Shown: in pieces, positions 20,541-30,527 of the stretch
How the letters are laid out: each line of letters begins with the position of its first letter
How positions within the stretch are numbered: position 1 is the first letter of the stretch
From: an uncultured Acidobacteriota bacterium
GTDB lineage: Bacteria; Acidobacteriota; Terriglobia; Terriglobales; Acidobacteriaceae
Direction of reading: 5' to 3'
DNA length: 64,000 nucleotides
NCBI GenBank assembly: GCA_963696565.1
Contig: CAVOKS010000013.1
Coordinates: forward strand, 7,513 to 71,512
The notes under the pieces: model-generated
What the model saw: the letters and a program-made list of their open reading frames with translations, nothing else
What the model was told of the DNA's origin: nothing
Databases searched by the model: none
Translations under genes and position numbers: made by a program

Positions 20541-22587
20541 TTACGGTTTGAAACCCACGCTCTCCCAGAGCGGTGCGCTTTCGTAGAGCACCCCGTTCGC
20601 GACAACCGAGCGAACGCTGCGAATATTGTGAATGTTCTCCAGCGGATTGGCATCGAGGATATCGAAATCGGCCCGCTTGCCGACTTCGATTGACCCGCTG
20701 TCGCGGTCTGCATTCATCACTCGCGCGGGCACGATGGTCGCGGCTTGTAACGCCTCCATCGGCGTGAACCCGGCCTGGTTGTATAACTCGATTTCGCGAT
20801 AGAGCGAATAACCCGGCACCGTCTGATCAGTTCCCGCGACGATGCGCACTCCCGCGCGATGCAGTGCGCCGATGATCGCCAATTCTTCCTGCACGATCTT
20901 CTGACCGGTCGCCGCGCGCGCTGGTGGCAATCCTCCATTGACCAGTTGGTCGCGGAGTTCCGGTGCCACGTGATCGACTCCAGGTTCGATTTTATCCGCA
21001 GGCACATCCGCGGGACGCTGCATGAATTCCATCAAGGCCATTGTCGGGTCTATGACGGTGTTGTGCTTTCGCAGGAATGCAACCGCCTGCTGGCCTGCGT
21101 CCGAATTCACGTCGAGCGAGGCCATCATCTTCATAGTCTCCTCGCGCGTCGCCTTTTTCGAATCGAAATCCTTTGGCATCGAGCAAATCGAGGACGTAGT
21201 GGATGTGATTGATCTGATCCATGCCATCGTTCACGCCTTCATACGCGTTCATGCCCTCCGGGATATGGCCGGTAACGGTCATTCCAAGTTTGTGCGCGTC
21301 GGTGCAGACGGCTTTGACATTTTCGGACTTCACCGAGCTGTAAATCTTCATCTGCTGAAAGCCCGCGTCGTGGTAGCGCTGCACCCACATCTGCGCATCG
21401 GCGGGCGAATTCACGCGTGTAATCCCGACTGCATACGGGCTATCTCCGTCCACGATTCCCGCCAGCAGCATGTGTGGGCCGAGTCCCTTGCCGCTGTTCA
21501 CCGCGTCTCGCACGGCGGTGATGAACTCGAATTCGTTGCCTACATCACGGACGGTTGTAACGCCCGCCGCCAGGTAAATCGGCCCCCACTCCACCTGCTC
21601 GTAATGAGCGTGCATATCCCACAAGCCGGGAATGATGTATTTCCCGGTAACGTCAATACGCTGCGCATCGGGCGGAACTTTTACTTTTTTGGCCGGGCCA
21701 GCGGCGATTACTTTGCCGTCCCGAATTACTATGGTCGCGTTTGCGATCGTTGCTTTGCCCGTCGTGTTAATCAGCGTGGCACCGACGAAGGCGAGCGCTC
21801 CAGTTCGGTGTCCTGAGAGCCCCTGACTAAGCTCATCAAGTGCGGCCATCTCGTCGCGTGCAGCGTTGGCGACGAACTTCGAAAGCGCGGGTTCGTATTC
21901 TTCGCGCACAGCTTCGAAGTGGTCGAACTCAGCGTCGGTTGAAACCAGAGCCGCCAAGTCGTTGTTGCTATCCATCCACAGCGTTTCCAGTCCCCAGATC
22001 AGGCCGCGGATGGTGTAGCGCTCCATTGGAATGCTGCGCCCGCCAATCTCGACGGTTTCAGCGCCGCGATCCTGTATCCTGACCTCGCCCGTAGGAAGGA
22101 TTGCGAGCTGTGCCGGCGAACCATGCGCCCGCCAATAGCGTATGAGCGCCATCTGCACGGCTACAGGGGCATAACCAGAGATGGTAAAAAAACTCTGCGG
22201 TGCGGCGACTGAGCGCGTGTCTTTTCCCTGGCGGATGGTCGCGCTGGAGCCGCTAAGTTCGACGTCGGAATCAATGTCCGATATGCGGGAGGTGTTGCCT
22301 TTAATAATAAAACTTTGCGGCGTATAGTCGTCCGCCGCTTTTAGCGCGGCCGAAAGAGGGACCTTCGTTCCGCGGTCGGTAAAAGCAAAGTCAGTCTTCA
22401 GCGTAAGCGAGCCGCCATCATGTGCGATGGTGTACGTCTCTTCGCCGATGGGCTGCTCGAACTTATGTAGAGTAAACTTGCCAGTCTCGTTGGCCGGAGA
22501 AGTTGTCTGCGCAAACAGGACAAACGATGAACAGATAAATAAAAGCAGCGAGAAACAAACCACACCCCGACAGCGCGAACTCTTCAC
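20541..22587 (-). pseudogene. secreted amidohydrolase family protein, one frameshift
   Basis: Fragments are 20992..22674 (likely start GTG 22587, signal VKSSRCRGVVCFSLLLFICSSFVLFAQ; metal motif GLWDMHAHY) and 20541..21227 (C-terminal VRIVAGTDQ...ADFDILDANPL). The break is near 21185. Confidence 0.7.
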
Positions 22588-22640
22588 GCGAATGAATCCT
22601 CCTGAAATAAGTTGTTGTAGGGAATCTTTACTCCGTGTCT

Positions 22641-23135
22641 TTACTCCGTAACCCAGGTCCACCAGTTTCCGCACTGTATTTCACTGGGCGAGAAAGATAG
22701 AGTTTTGTTAGATTTTTCTACCCAGACATACGCATGTTCGGTGCGAGAATTTACTGTGACCTGAACGATGACGCCGCTGCCTCCGCCGGGGCTTAGAGAG
22801 CAGTCAACAGAATAAGACTTCACTAGACCCCACTCTCCGCCCGGGCCCCAGTCGCGATAGAAGTCGTTGAACATGTACTTAGGATATTGGTTCGGATGCT
22901 GCTTCCAGTCCGGATCGCGAAACCACACCCCGTATGCATCCTCATAATTTTGACGTTGCAAGGCCGCGAAGAACTTGCTGGCTGCATTCCGCTCAGGATA
23001 ATCGCGGTAGTGATAGACGACCCACGCCGTAAGGAGAACTAAAATAATAACAACGACGATACGGGTCCGACGACGACGGTCGCGCGCAGGATCGTATTTC
23101 TCTGCATCCATCAGGGTCATGGCTTCCATAAGCAT
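22641..23135 (-). CDS. hypothetical membrane-anchored protein
   Basis: 164-aa ORF with one TM helix (IVVVIILVLLTAWVVY). No family was recognised. Confidence 0.5.
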   Translation of the reverse strand: MLMEAMTLMDAEKYDPARDRRRRTRIVVVIILVLLTAWVVYHYRDYPERNAASKFFAALQRQNYEDAYGVWFRDPDWKQHPNQYPKYMFNDFYRDWGPGGEWGLVKSYSVDCSLSPGGGSGVIVQVTVNSRTEHAYVWVEKSNKTLSFSPSEIQCGNWWTWVTE

Positions 23136-23278
23136 AACGGAAACCGGGGAAGAACAAAAAGTTCCCGAACGAATTGGGAGATATTAAGAAATCGGGTAAT
23201 CAAGTAATTTGATCAAGAGTCGGGAACGAGTGGTTTTCCAATTCCCTAATCTCTGCAGTTACTAAGGTGCCCGATTCC

Positions 23279-24391
23279 TTACAGGGTTCTCTTGAAGAGC
23301 GGCGTGGCAATGCTTAGCGTGATCACCGCAAAAACGGAGAGATAAAGCATGTCTGGCCAAACAGCGGCCATCCCCGTTTCTTTGAGCAGTATGGATTTGA
23401 AGCCGTGCACCGCAAACGTGAACGGGTCCACTCTCGCGATACCGCGGAGCCACCAGGGGAACGCTTCGATAGGATAGATCGCTCCACTGGGGAAGAACAG
23501 AAGGGTATTAAGAATTCCGAACATCGCGCGCGGCACCAGGGGATCCTCGATGCGCACCATAAGCAGAAACATCATGGTGTTGAGCGAGATTGACGTCAAC
23601 ACAATCATGATCAACAATTCGAGCGCGGTTTGCGGGTTGAAGATCGTTCCCACGCCAGCCAGGAGCGAGCCAACCACAGTGATTACGAGCCCCGTCATCA
23701 CCGCCTTGAGGGCTCCGGCGGCATTCAGACCGAAGACCAACTCGGTCTTGGTGATGGGCGTAACCAAATATCCTTCGTGCACGCCCCGGGCTTTGTCATC
23801 GATGTAAAGCATTCCGCCGCCGATCATCACAGAAACGAACATCGCCAGGGTGATCGAACCGGGCAAAAGATACTTCATATATTCGATGTAAGGATAAAGC
23901 TCGACAATCTGTAAGACGGTCTGCTGCAGGATTCGCGGCTCAATCGTGGGCTGGTTGAGCGCGTTGGTGATGCTGGTGAGTTCGTCCTCAAGCGTCGAAC
24001 TCATAAAGTTGTCGCTGTTATCGACCACGAGCGCGATGCGCGGCTGGTCTTGTTCGTACACGCGCCGCGAATACTGCGGCGGAATAATTACGGCGCCCTG
24101 GATCTTGCCGTTGCGCACATCGTCCATCGCCGTCTTTGGGTCGTTGTAATAGACCGGTTCGAAGGTTCGCATGTTGGCGCGAACCGAATCAAAGGCCTCG
24201 CGGATCTTGAGAGCCTGGGTGCCTCCGTCCTGATCGACCAGTCCCAGCTTGGCGTCCCGGATCTTTCCGCCGAAGGCGTTGCCCAGCACGATGAGTTGCA
24301 CTAGGGGAAAAACCATCGACGCCATCATGAGCGCCGGAGAGCGAAAGAATTTGCGCATTTCGCGCTCGACGATGGCGAGAATGTGATTCAT
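23279..24391 (-). CDS. ABC-2 type transporter permease
   Basis: 370 aa with an N-terminal TM helix, a large loop and five C-terminal TM helices. It overlaps the upstream ATPase ORF by 4 nt. Confidence 0.85.
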   Translation of the reverse strand: MNHILAIVEREMRKFFRSPALMMASMVFPLVQLIVLGNAFGGKIRDAKLGLVDQDGGTQALKIREAFDSVRANMRTFEPVYYNDPKTAMDDVRNGKIQGAVIIPPQYSRRVYEQDQPRIALVVDNSDNFMSSTLEDELTSITNALNQPTIEPRILQQTVLQIVELYPYIEYMKYLLPGSITLAMFVSVMIGGGMLYIDDKARGVHEGYLVTPITKTELVFGLNAAGALKAVMTGLVITVVGSLLAGVGTIFNPQTALELLIMIVLTSISLNTMMFLLMVRIEDPLVPRAMFGILNTLLFFPSGAIYPIEAFPWWLRGIARVDPFTFAVHGFKSILLKETGMAAVWPDMLYLSVFAVITLSIATPLFKRTL

Positions 24392-26562
24392 GGCTGCAAC
24401 CCCGGTCTGGGCGGCATGACGAAGGCAAACGCCTTTACCAGTTCATCGCGCAACTGCCGCCCGGTGTAATGGACGAACACATCGTCGAGCGTGGTGTTCT
24501 GCACGGAGAGTGACCGGATTTTGACCCCAGCGTGCACGGCCGCTTCCACAAGTTCAGTTGTAGTTCGCGATCCGTCCCCGGTAAGGACGCGGTACATGCC
24601 CGCGCCTTCGTGTTGCACCGAGGTCACCTCGGTCAGTTTCTTCAGACGATCTTCCCAGTCCGCAGGTGCGCCATCGAATTGTGCTTCTATCACGTTCGAT
24701 CCGGGCACACTGGCCTTTAACGCCGGCGGCGTATCAAGCGCAACGAGCTTGCCGTGATCGACAATGGCGATGCGGTCGCACAGCCGATCGGCCTCGTCCA
24801 TGTAGTGAGTTGTGATCAGGATGGTGAGCTGTCGATGGCTCTTGATGTTGGTCAGCATCTCCCAGACTGCGACGCGAGACACCGGATCCAGCCCGGTCGT
24901 TGGCTCGTCCAGGAAAAAAATTCGCGGGCTGTGCACCAGGCCTCGGGCAATTTCGAGCCGCCTTCTCATGCCGCCCGACAAGGTCTTGGTCTGGGCCGAA
25001 CGCCACTTCGTCAGGTCGACCAGTTCGAGCAACTCGTCAATTGCTTCCTTTCGCTTTTTCGCAGGGACATCGTAGAGCTTGGCGTAGATATTGAGATTCT
25101 CTTCGATGGTCAGATCAAGATCGCTGGTGAGCGCCTGCGGAATCACGCCAATCGCCCTTCGAGCTGCGTCCGGATCTTTCTGCACATCGTGACCCGCAAT
25201 ACGAGCTGTCCCCGAAGTAATCGGGATGAGCGTGGTCATCATCCTTATCAACGTGGACTTGCCTGCACCATTCGGTCCCAGCAAACCGAAGATCTCTTCT
25301 TCCTTTACGTTGAAGGAAACGTCATCGACGGCGGTAAAATCGCCGTATTTCTTGACGATATGTTCCACTGCGATGGCGTCGAACGCAGCGGGATCGCCGG
25401 CGGCACCGTGCCCGTTGGTGGAAACTTCATCGCTCGACCCACCGCGAGAATTGAGATCGGTGATCATGGATGCTGTTCCGCCGAAACGTTCTCTTGCGGC
25501 GTACCCTTGAGCTGATCCGGGCGAGACTAAGACTTCCGCCGTCATGCCCGGCACATACGCGCCTTTCGGATTGTCTAAGCGAACCTTTAGCACGATAGTG
25601 CGAATGTCACGCTTGCGCCGGCCTACATCGCGTTGCGTCGCAAAGTCTGCCTCGGCTGATTTGAAGAACACCTTGCCTGATGTGATTGTCCCTCCGGGCA
25701 GCCGAATCCGGAGCGTGTCACCTAGACCGATGTGATCGGACTCGGTTTCAGGAATTGCCGCGCGAACCCACGTGTCGCCGAGGTCGACGATGGTCACGAT
25801 TGGCTGCCCGGCATTCAGCACTTCCCCTTCGCGCGCGGCGCGGACAGAGACAGTCCCCGTTACCGGCGCATAAATCTTGGTGTATCCCAAGCGAACTTCA
25901 GCCTGCTTCAGCATGCTTTCCGCATTGGCGACTTGCGCGCGAGTGGATTCGACTTCACTGCGGGCCGCATGGGCCTGATGAGTATTCGCAATCGCGGTAT
26001 TCAGGTCGGCTTCAGCGGCGCTTACCTGCTCTTTCAGCGATTGCACCAACGCCTTCTGTGCGGCGAGGTTACTTTCCGCCTGCACCCGATCCTGATCAGA
26101 GGCAACACCCTCTTTCGCCAGTTCAATCGTGCGGCGACTATCGCTCTCCGTGCGCTGCAGAGTCGCTTCCGCCTGTAGCAATTGCGCGCGCATAGATTGC
26201 AGCCGCGCCTGCGCATTAACTACGCTGCTCGACGTGGATCCCTGCGTGGCCTGCATCGTCGACTGGGTCTCGGCCACCTTGGATTTCAAACTGTCGATAG
26301 TGGCTGCCGCCGCGCGCTCTTCCGCCTCTAATTCCGAGGGATCGAGTACCGCGATCAGGTCACCCTGTTTCACCTGGGTTCCCTCGTCAACCAAGAGCTT
26401 CGCCAGTCGGCCCTCGATCTGCGGGCTCACGATCACCTGATTCGAATCGACGGTGCCGATCAGAATCAGATCCCTGCTGCGCGGCGTGGACAGCAAGTAG
26501 TAGGTCAGCGAGATGGTGAAGATGACGCCGAGAATGATTAGAAATTTATTTCGTACACTCAC
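24388..26562 (-). CDS. HlyD-type membrane fusion protein joined in frame to an ABC transporter ATPase (join probably artefactual)
   Basis: Residues 1 to ~350 have a TM anchor, a coiled coil and a barrel region of the HlyD family. Residues ~400 to 724 have Walker A GPNGAGKST, the signature LSGGMRRR and Walker B IFFLDEPTTGLD. At the junction an alternative frame ends in TGA overlapping the ATG of MITDLNS (ATGA). Confidence 0.85.
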   Translation of the reverse strand: MSVRNKFLIILGVIFTISLTYYLLSTPRSRDLILIGTVDSNQVIVSPQIEGRLAKLLVDEGTQVKQGDLIAVLDPSELEAEERAAAATIDSLKSKVAETQSTMQATQGSTSSSVVNAQARLQSMRAQLLQAEATLQRTESDSRRTIELAKEGVASDQDRVQAESNLAAQKALVQSLKEQVSAAEADLNTAIANTHQAHAARSEVESTRAQVANAESMLKQAEVRLGYTKIYAPVTGTVSVRAAREGEVLNAGQPIVTIVDLGDTWVRAAIPETESDHIGLGDTLRIRLPGGTITSGKVFFKSAEADFATQRDVGRRKRDIRTIVLKVRLDNPKGAYVPGMTAEVLVSPGSAQGYAARERFGGTASMITDLNSRGGSSDEVSTNGHGAAGDPAAFDAIAVEHIVKKYGDFTAVDDVSFNVKEEEIFGLLGPNGAGKSTLIRMMTTLIPITSGTARIAGHDVQKDPDAARRAIGVIPQALTSDLDLTIEENLNIYAKLYDVPAKKRKEAIDELLELVDLTKWRSAQTKTLSGGMRRRLEIARGLVHSPRIFFLDEPTTGLDPVSRVAVWEMLTNIKSHRQLTILITTHYMDEADRLCDRIAIVDHGKLVALDTPPALKASVPGSNVIEAQFDGAPADWEDRLKKLTEVTSVQHEGAGMYRVLTGDGSRTTTELVEAAVHAGVKIRSLSVQNTTLDDVFVHYTGRQLRDELVKAFAFVMPPRPGLQP

Positions 26563-27239
26563 TTGCGCGCTCCTCGGGGTTTTCCATTGGGACGTTGGAA
26601 CAATGCCGCAGAAATTAAGTCCAGCACCGCCGCGCGCCGCGTCGCCACTCGCTCCGGAGACATGGGATCCTTCCCACTCATAAGGCGCATCACCGGCGCG
26701 CTGGTGAAATAGAAGACAATCACCGCAATCATGGAAGGAACGAAATGCAGGGGATCAACCGCGCGGAATTCGCCTGCCGCTTGTCCCTCCCTGAGAACTT
26801 GCGCTACGCGTCCAAACAACGGGCGAAAGTACTTTTTCACGATCGGCTCAAGATGGCTCGCCCTACCCCGGCCTGCGCTCATCATTTCGACTTGTACAAT
26901 TCGAGGGTACAGGGGATTAGTTGCGACATAGTCGAAGTGCGCGCCGGCATAGGCAAGAATTTTCTCGCGGGGCGGAAGATCGCGAGACAAGACTTCGCCG
27001 ACACAAGCGATCAGTCCGCCAAACACCTGATCGAGTACCGCGCCGTACAAAGCATCTTTATCCTTAAAGTAGTAATAAAGGAGAGCCTTGTTCACCTTGG
27101 CCGCGCGGGCAATGGCATCCGTTCTGGCTCCGGCAATACCCTCGTAGGCAAATTCACGAACAGCAGCATGCAGAATCGCAGCCCGGCTCTGCTCGGGTCG
27201 TCCGCGAGAGCCCAGACGTGATTTGGAACTATTGGACAT
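26559..27239 (-). CDS. TetR/AcrR family transcriptional regulator
   Basis: 226 aa with the HTH region RAAILHAAVREFAYEGIAGARTDAIARAAKVNKALLYYYFKDK. It is the first gene of the efflux operon. Confidence 0.9.
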   Translation of the reverse strand: MSNSSKSRLGSRGRPEQSRAAILHAAVREFAYEGIAGARTDAIARAAKVNKALLYYYFKDKDALYGAVLDQVFGGLIACVGEVLSRDLPPREKILAYAGAHFDYVATNPLYPRIVQVEMMSAGRGRASHLEPIVKKYFRPLFGRVAQVLREGQAAGEFRAVDPLHFVPSMIAVIVFYFTSAPVMRLMSGKDPMSPERVATRRAAVLDLISAALFQRPNGKPRGARK

Positions 27240-27247
27240 TTATCATT

Positions 27248-27263
27248 AATTAACTAGTTAGTT
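27248..27263. promoter_or_regulatory. palindrome, candidate TetR operator
   Basis: AATTAACTAGTTAGTT, with a perfect 10-bp core TAACTAGTTA (27251..27260), starts 9 nt upstream of the tetR start. Confidence 0.4.
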
Positions 27264-27361
27264 AGATTCTATCAAAAGCCGGAAACATATGCCAGTGCAC
27301 CAAAGTGCGTAGGTGAAAGTTTGTGGGAGGATTGCCCCTTGGTGACGAGTGGCTTGCTCTA

Positions 27362-28627
27362 CTAATCTGCAACGCGCAAAACGACGCTTTTACTCTTTTC
27401 GATACCCAACTCCGCAATGTCACGGCGCGACGTCTCGATCGCCATCCGCGAACAAGCACGGGTGAGCACTCGAACCTGGTGTTTCCTGGAATCGCTCCGC
27501 GCCCATACGGCGGCGGCTCGAGCCACTCCGACGCCGTTCCGCTCCAGGATAGTCGTGATCGATCCGATATCGCTGGGACTACCAACCGTGACACGAAGAT
27601 AGTGCCTGCTATCGCAATCGGCAGCCCTCGCCGCGACGCGGCCGCCGCGACTCATCGAAAATCCGCCTCGGTGGCAAGCAATGTCGACCACATCAGAAAG
27701 CACAGCGCTGGCACTGGGCAGCGAACCCGCTCCCTTGCCCGAAAACAACATTTCTCCCACCGCATCTCCGCGAATCAGCACCGCGTTATTTTCATCGCGA
27801 ATTCCGGCTAATTGATGCGACACAGGCAATAACACCGGGGCGCAACCGAGCGACACAGCATCCCCGTTCAGTTCAGCGGCAGCAACATGCTTGATCACAA
27901 AACCCAATTCCTTGGCTGCCTGCACGTCATCGGCAGCAATGTCGCGGATCCCCTCTACCTGAACCGTTCCAGCATTTACCTGCGCGCTAAAAGCCAACTC
28001 GGTGAGGATTTTCAACTTCTGTGCCGCGTCGTGGCCGTCGATGTCGAGCGTGGGATCAGCTTCAGCGAAGCCTTTAGCTTGTGCCTCGCGAAGCGCAGCT
28101 TCGAACTCGACGCCATCCTCGGTCATGCGCGTCAGAATGTAATTGCAGGTGCCGTTTAGAATCCCGCTGAGCCTTTGAATGTTGTTTCCAACCAGGCCAT
28201 CTCGCAGGGCGCGGATAATCGGAATGCCGCCGCAAACGCTGGCTTCAAATCCCAGGCGAACTTTCTGTTGTTCCGCCGCCTTCATTAAACTGAAACCATC
28301 CAGCGCGAGCAGAGCTTTGTTGGCGGTAACGACGTGTTTGCCGCGCGCCAGCGATCGCTCGATAAAACTTCGCGCCGGCTCGATCCCTCCAACTAATTCC
28401 ACAACCAGATCGCAGCCGTTATTTAACACTTTGTCCGGATCGCTGGTGAGAAGCGCACGATCCACGCCGTGACGCTCTTTATCGAGATCGCGAACCAATA
28501 TCTTGGTGATGCGCAATTCCACGCCAGAGCGCTGACGCACGAGCGCTTCATTCCTGCCCACCAACTCCACCAGGCCGCGGCCAACCGTTCCGCAACCCAA
28601 CAATCCGATTTTTAATTTACGTGTCAT
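27362..28627 (-). CDS. hom: homoserine dehydrogenase
   Basis: ORF 27362..28633, with ATG 28627 giving MTRKLKIGLLGCGTVGRG. Both the catalytic domain and a C-terminal ACT domain are present. Confidence 0.92.
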   Translation of the reverse strand: MTRKLKIGLLGCGTVGRGLVELVGRNEALVRQRSGVELRITKILVRDLDKERHGVDRALLTSDPDKVLNNGCDLVVELVGGIEPARSFIERSLARGKHVVTANKALLALDGFSLMKAAEQQKVRLGFEASVCGGIPIIRALRDGLVGNNIQRLSGILNGTCNYILTRMTEDGVEFEAALREAQAKGFAEADPTLDIDGHDAAQKLKILTELAFSAQVNAGTVQVEGIRDIAADDVQAAKELGFVIKHVAAAELNGDAVSLGCAPVLLPVSHQLAGIRDENNAVLIRGDAVGEMLFSGKGAGSLPSASAVLSDVVDIACHRGGFSMSRGGRVAARAADCDSRHYLRVTVGSPSDIGSITTILERNGVGVARAAAVWARSDSRKHQVRVLTRACSRMAIETSRRDIAELGIEKSKSVVLRVAD

Positions 28628-28959
28628 GGCCAAACTTCACGTGGGGTCCGGGCTAGGACCGCCCCGACCTCCTTTGCGCTATACGCTCCACCGGCAATCG
28701 ACGGCACCAGCAAAACCTCATCGCCATCCTGGAACGCGTAAGTGTTTCCGCCCAGAAATCGGATGTCCTCCTCGTTGACATACACGTTGAGGAACCGCCG
28801 AATCTCGCCGGCTTCATCCCGCAAGTGTTGCTTCAAATCCGGGAACTGCTGGTCGAGCGCGGAGAACAGTTCTCCCAAGTTTGTCGCCGAACATTTCACT
28901 TGTCCGGTTCCGGATGTCAGGCGGCGCAATGCCGTCGGAATTTGCACGGTAACTGTCAT
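28624..28959 (-). CDS. MoaD/ThiS-family sulfur-carrier protein (CysO-like) with a C-terminal extension
   Basis: MTVTVQIPTALRRL...FLNVYVNEEDIRFLGG...GDEVLLVPSIAGG parallels CysO-type carriers. Twenty residues follow the GG. The stop at 28624..28626 overlaps the hom ATG (ATGA). Confidence 0.8.
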   Translation of the reverse strand: MTVTVQIPTALRRLTSGTGQVKCSATNLGELFSALDQQFPDLKQHLRDEAGEIRRFLNVYVNEEDIRFLGGNTYAFQDGDEVLLVPSIAGGAYSAKEVGAVLARTPREVWP

Positions 28960-28960
28960 C

Positions 28961-30248
28961 TCAAGCCTCCACGGTTTCTGGAAACGTCTCCAGCGTTCTC
29001 TGCAAAAATGTTTCGAAGTCGGCGACCTTGGGCCGAATCGGCTCTTCCGCTTCGTACTTTCCGGCGAGCACGTCGGTGGTCTTCAGTCCATTGCCAGTGA
29101 TGCACAGGACGGTCGTTTCGTCCGGCGCGATGCGTCCTTGCCGATAAAGTTTGCGCGCGCATCCAGTGGTTACGCCGCCAGCTGTCTCGGTGAAGATGCC
29201 TTCCGTCTCCGCCAGAAGCTGAATGGACTCGATCATTTCCGGATCGGAAACATCCTCCGCCCAGCCGCCGGTCTTGGTGATGGTCTTTATGGCGTAGTGC
29301 CCGTCGGCCGGATTGCCAATCGCCAGCGATCGAGCCAGCGTCGCCGGCTTCTGCGGCTCTATATCGGCATTCCCAGTGCTTTACTGCAGTCGAAATCGGA
29401 GAACATCCCGTCGCCTGCGCGCCGAAGAACTTCACCGCTTTCGCTTCGACCAAGCCCAGCTGAATCAGTTCGTCGAAAGCCTTTTTGATCTTCACAATCA
29501 ACGACCCGCCGGCCATTGGGCACGACCACGTTGTCGGGCAAGCGCCATCCCAATTGCTCGGCAATTTCGAATCCGACGGTCTTCGAACCTTCTGCGTAGT
29601 AAGGGCGCAGGTTGACATTGACGAATCCCCAGCGATGTTCATCCGCGATCTGCGAGCACAGGCGGTTTACCTGGTCGTAGCTACCGGCGATGCGAACCAG
29701 CCGGGCGCCAAAAACCTGTGTGCCCAGAATTTTGGCCGGCTCAAGATCGGCGGGAACAAAAATCCAGGCTTTGAATCCGTTGCGCGCGGCCTGCGCGGCT
29801 ACGGAATTTGCCAGGTTGCCAGTCGAAGAACACGCCACCGTGTCGAAGCCAAAGCTGCGCGCCTGCGCCAGCGCGACCGCAACCACGCGGTCTTTGAAGC
29901 TAAGGGTGGGCAAGCAGACCGCGTCGTTCTTGATGAAGAGATTCTTGCGCCCAGGCGCGCTCCCAGTTGCTGCGCCCGCAGCAGAGGCGTGAAGCCCACC
30001 GGCAAACTTGGCTGATAATTTAGCGGCAGCGGAAGCAGTTCCGCATAGCGCCACATGTTGGGAGCGCGGGCAGCGATGCGTTCACGCGTGAAACTTCCGC
30101 GCACTGCGTCGTAATCGTAGAAAACTTCCAGCGGAGAAAAACAGTCGTCGCAGATCGACCGAGGCTGGTTTCCCCAGCTCTTGTGGCATTCCCGGCAGCG
30201 CAATTCATATTTGGCCGAGGCAGGACGTAGAAACAGCTTTCGAAACAC
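28961..30248 (-). pseudogene. threonine-synthase-fold PLP enzyme with an N-terminal zinc ribbon (ThrC-like, possibly MetM-type), frameshifted
   Basis: Starts at GTG 30248, with a ribbon CRECHK...CDDC and the PLP lysine motif LSFKDR. Fragments are 29799..30248, 29359..30054, 28956..29642 and 28961..29236. There are about 4 breaks, near 29945, 29505, 29370 and 29240. Confidence 0.85.
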
Positions 30249-30380
30249 TCGCAGTAGCGCTCATCAGCAAAATCGCTTTCCGTAACTGCGGGACGAGCCG
30301 TCGAAAACTGTCTTAACCGCTTTGCCGGAAAAATTATAAGGAGGAGAAGGAACCGAGATGCTGAAAATGCGGGCACCCCG

Positions 30381-30493
30381 AATCTCATGTCCCCCGTTTC
30401 CGGGTGAGAGTTGACACCAGACGACCGGGAGATGACTCCCGATCCGGTTGTCGTGGCTTCTTAGGGCTCGTCCCTCAGCCACTCTTCATGAAA
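30381..30493 (-). promoter_or_regulatory. SAM-I (S-box) riboswitch aptamer
   Basis: The minus-strand RNA is UUUCAUGAAGAGUGGCUGAGGGACGAGCCCUAAGAAGCCACGACAACCGGAUCGGGAGUCAUCUCCCGGUCGUCUGGUGUCAACUCUCACCCGGAAACGGGGGACAUGAGA. It shows P1 UUUCAUG/CAUGAGA, P2 GUGGC/GCCAC with a GAGGGA...AAGAA internal loop, a P3 hairpin, and P4 CCCG-GAAA-CGGG. It matches the S-box consensus (AAGAG.GGC.GAGGGA..GCCC..GAAGCC..CAACC...GGUG.CAA.UC) by eye. Confidence 0.85.
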
Positions 30494-30527
30494 TCCAAGG
30501 TCTGCTCCGAAGAGCAAACTTGATCGA

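Noticed and set aside
24388-26562. The 724-aa HlyD-ABC ATPase ORF as a novel fused efflux component
   Set aside because: Near 25480..25540, the frame next to the ORF frame reads ...RPDQLKGTPQENVSAEQHP and stops at a TGA that overlaps the ATG of MITDLNS (ATGA). That is the normal coupling of separate hlyD and ATPase genes. Given the indel load of this sequence, a single-base error is the simpler explanation for the fusion.
29555-29580. A tRNA-like TTCGAATCC string
   Set aside because: It lies inside the thrC-like coding sequence with no acceptor or anticodon arms around it. No tRNA could be folded anywhere in the window.
30339-30414. A plus-strand mini-ORF with a perfect AAGGAGGAG ribosome-binding site (MLKMRAPRISCPPFPGES)
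   Set aside because: It is the complement of the pyrimidine tract and the 3' part of the SAM-I aptamer on the minus strand. The apparent RBS is most likely the mirror image of riboswitch expression-platform sequence.
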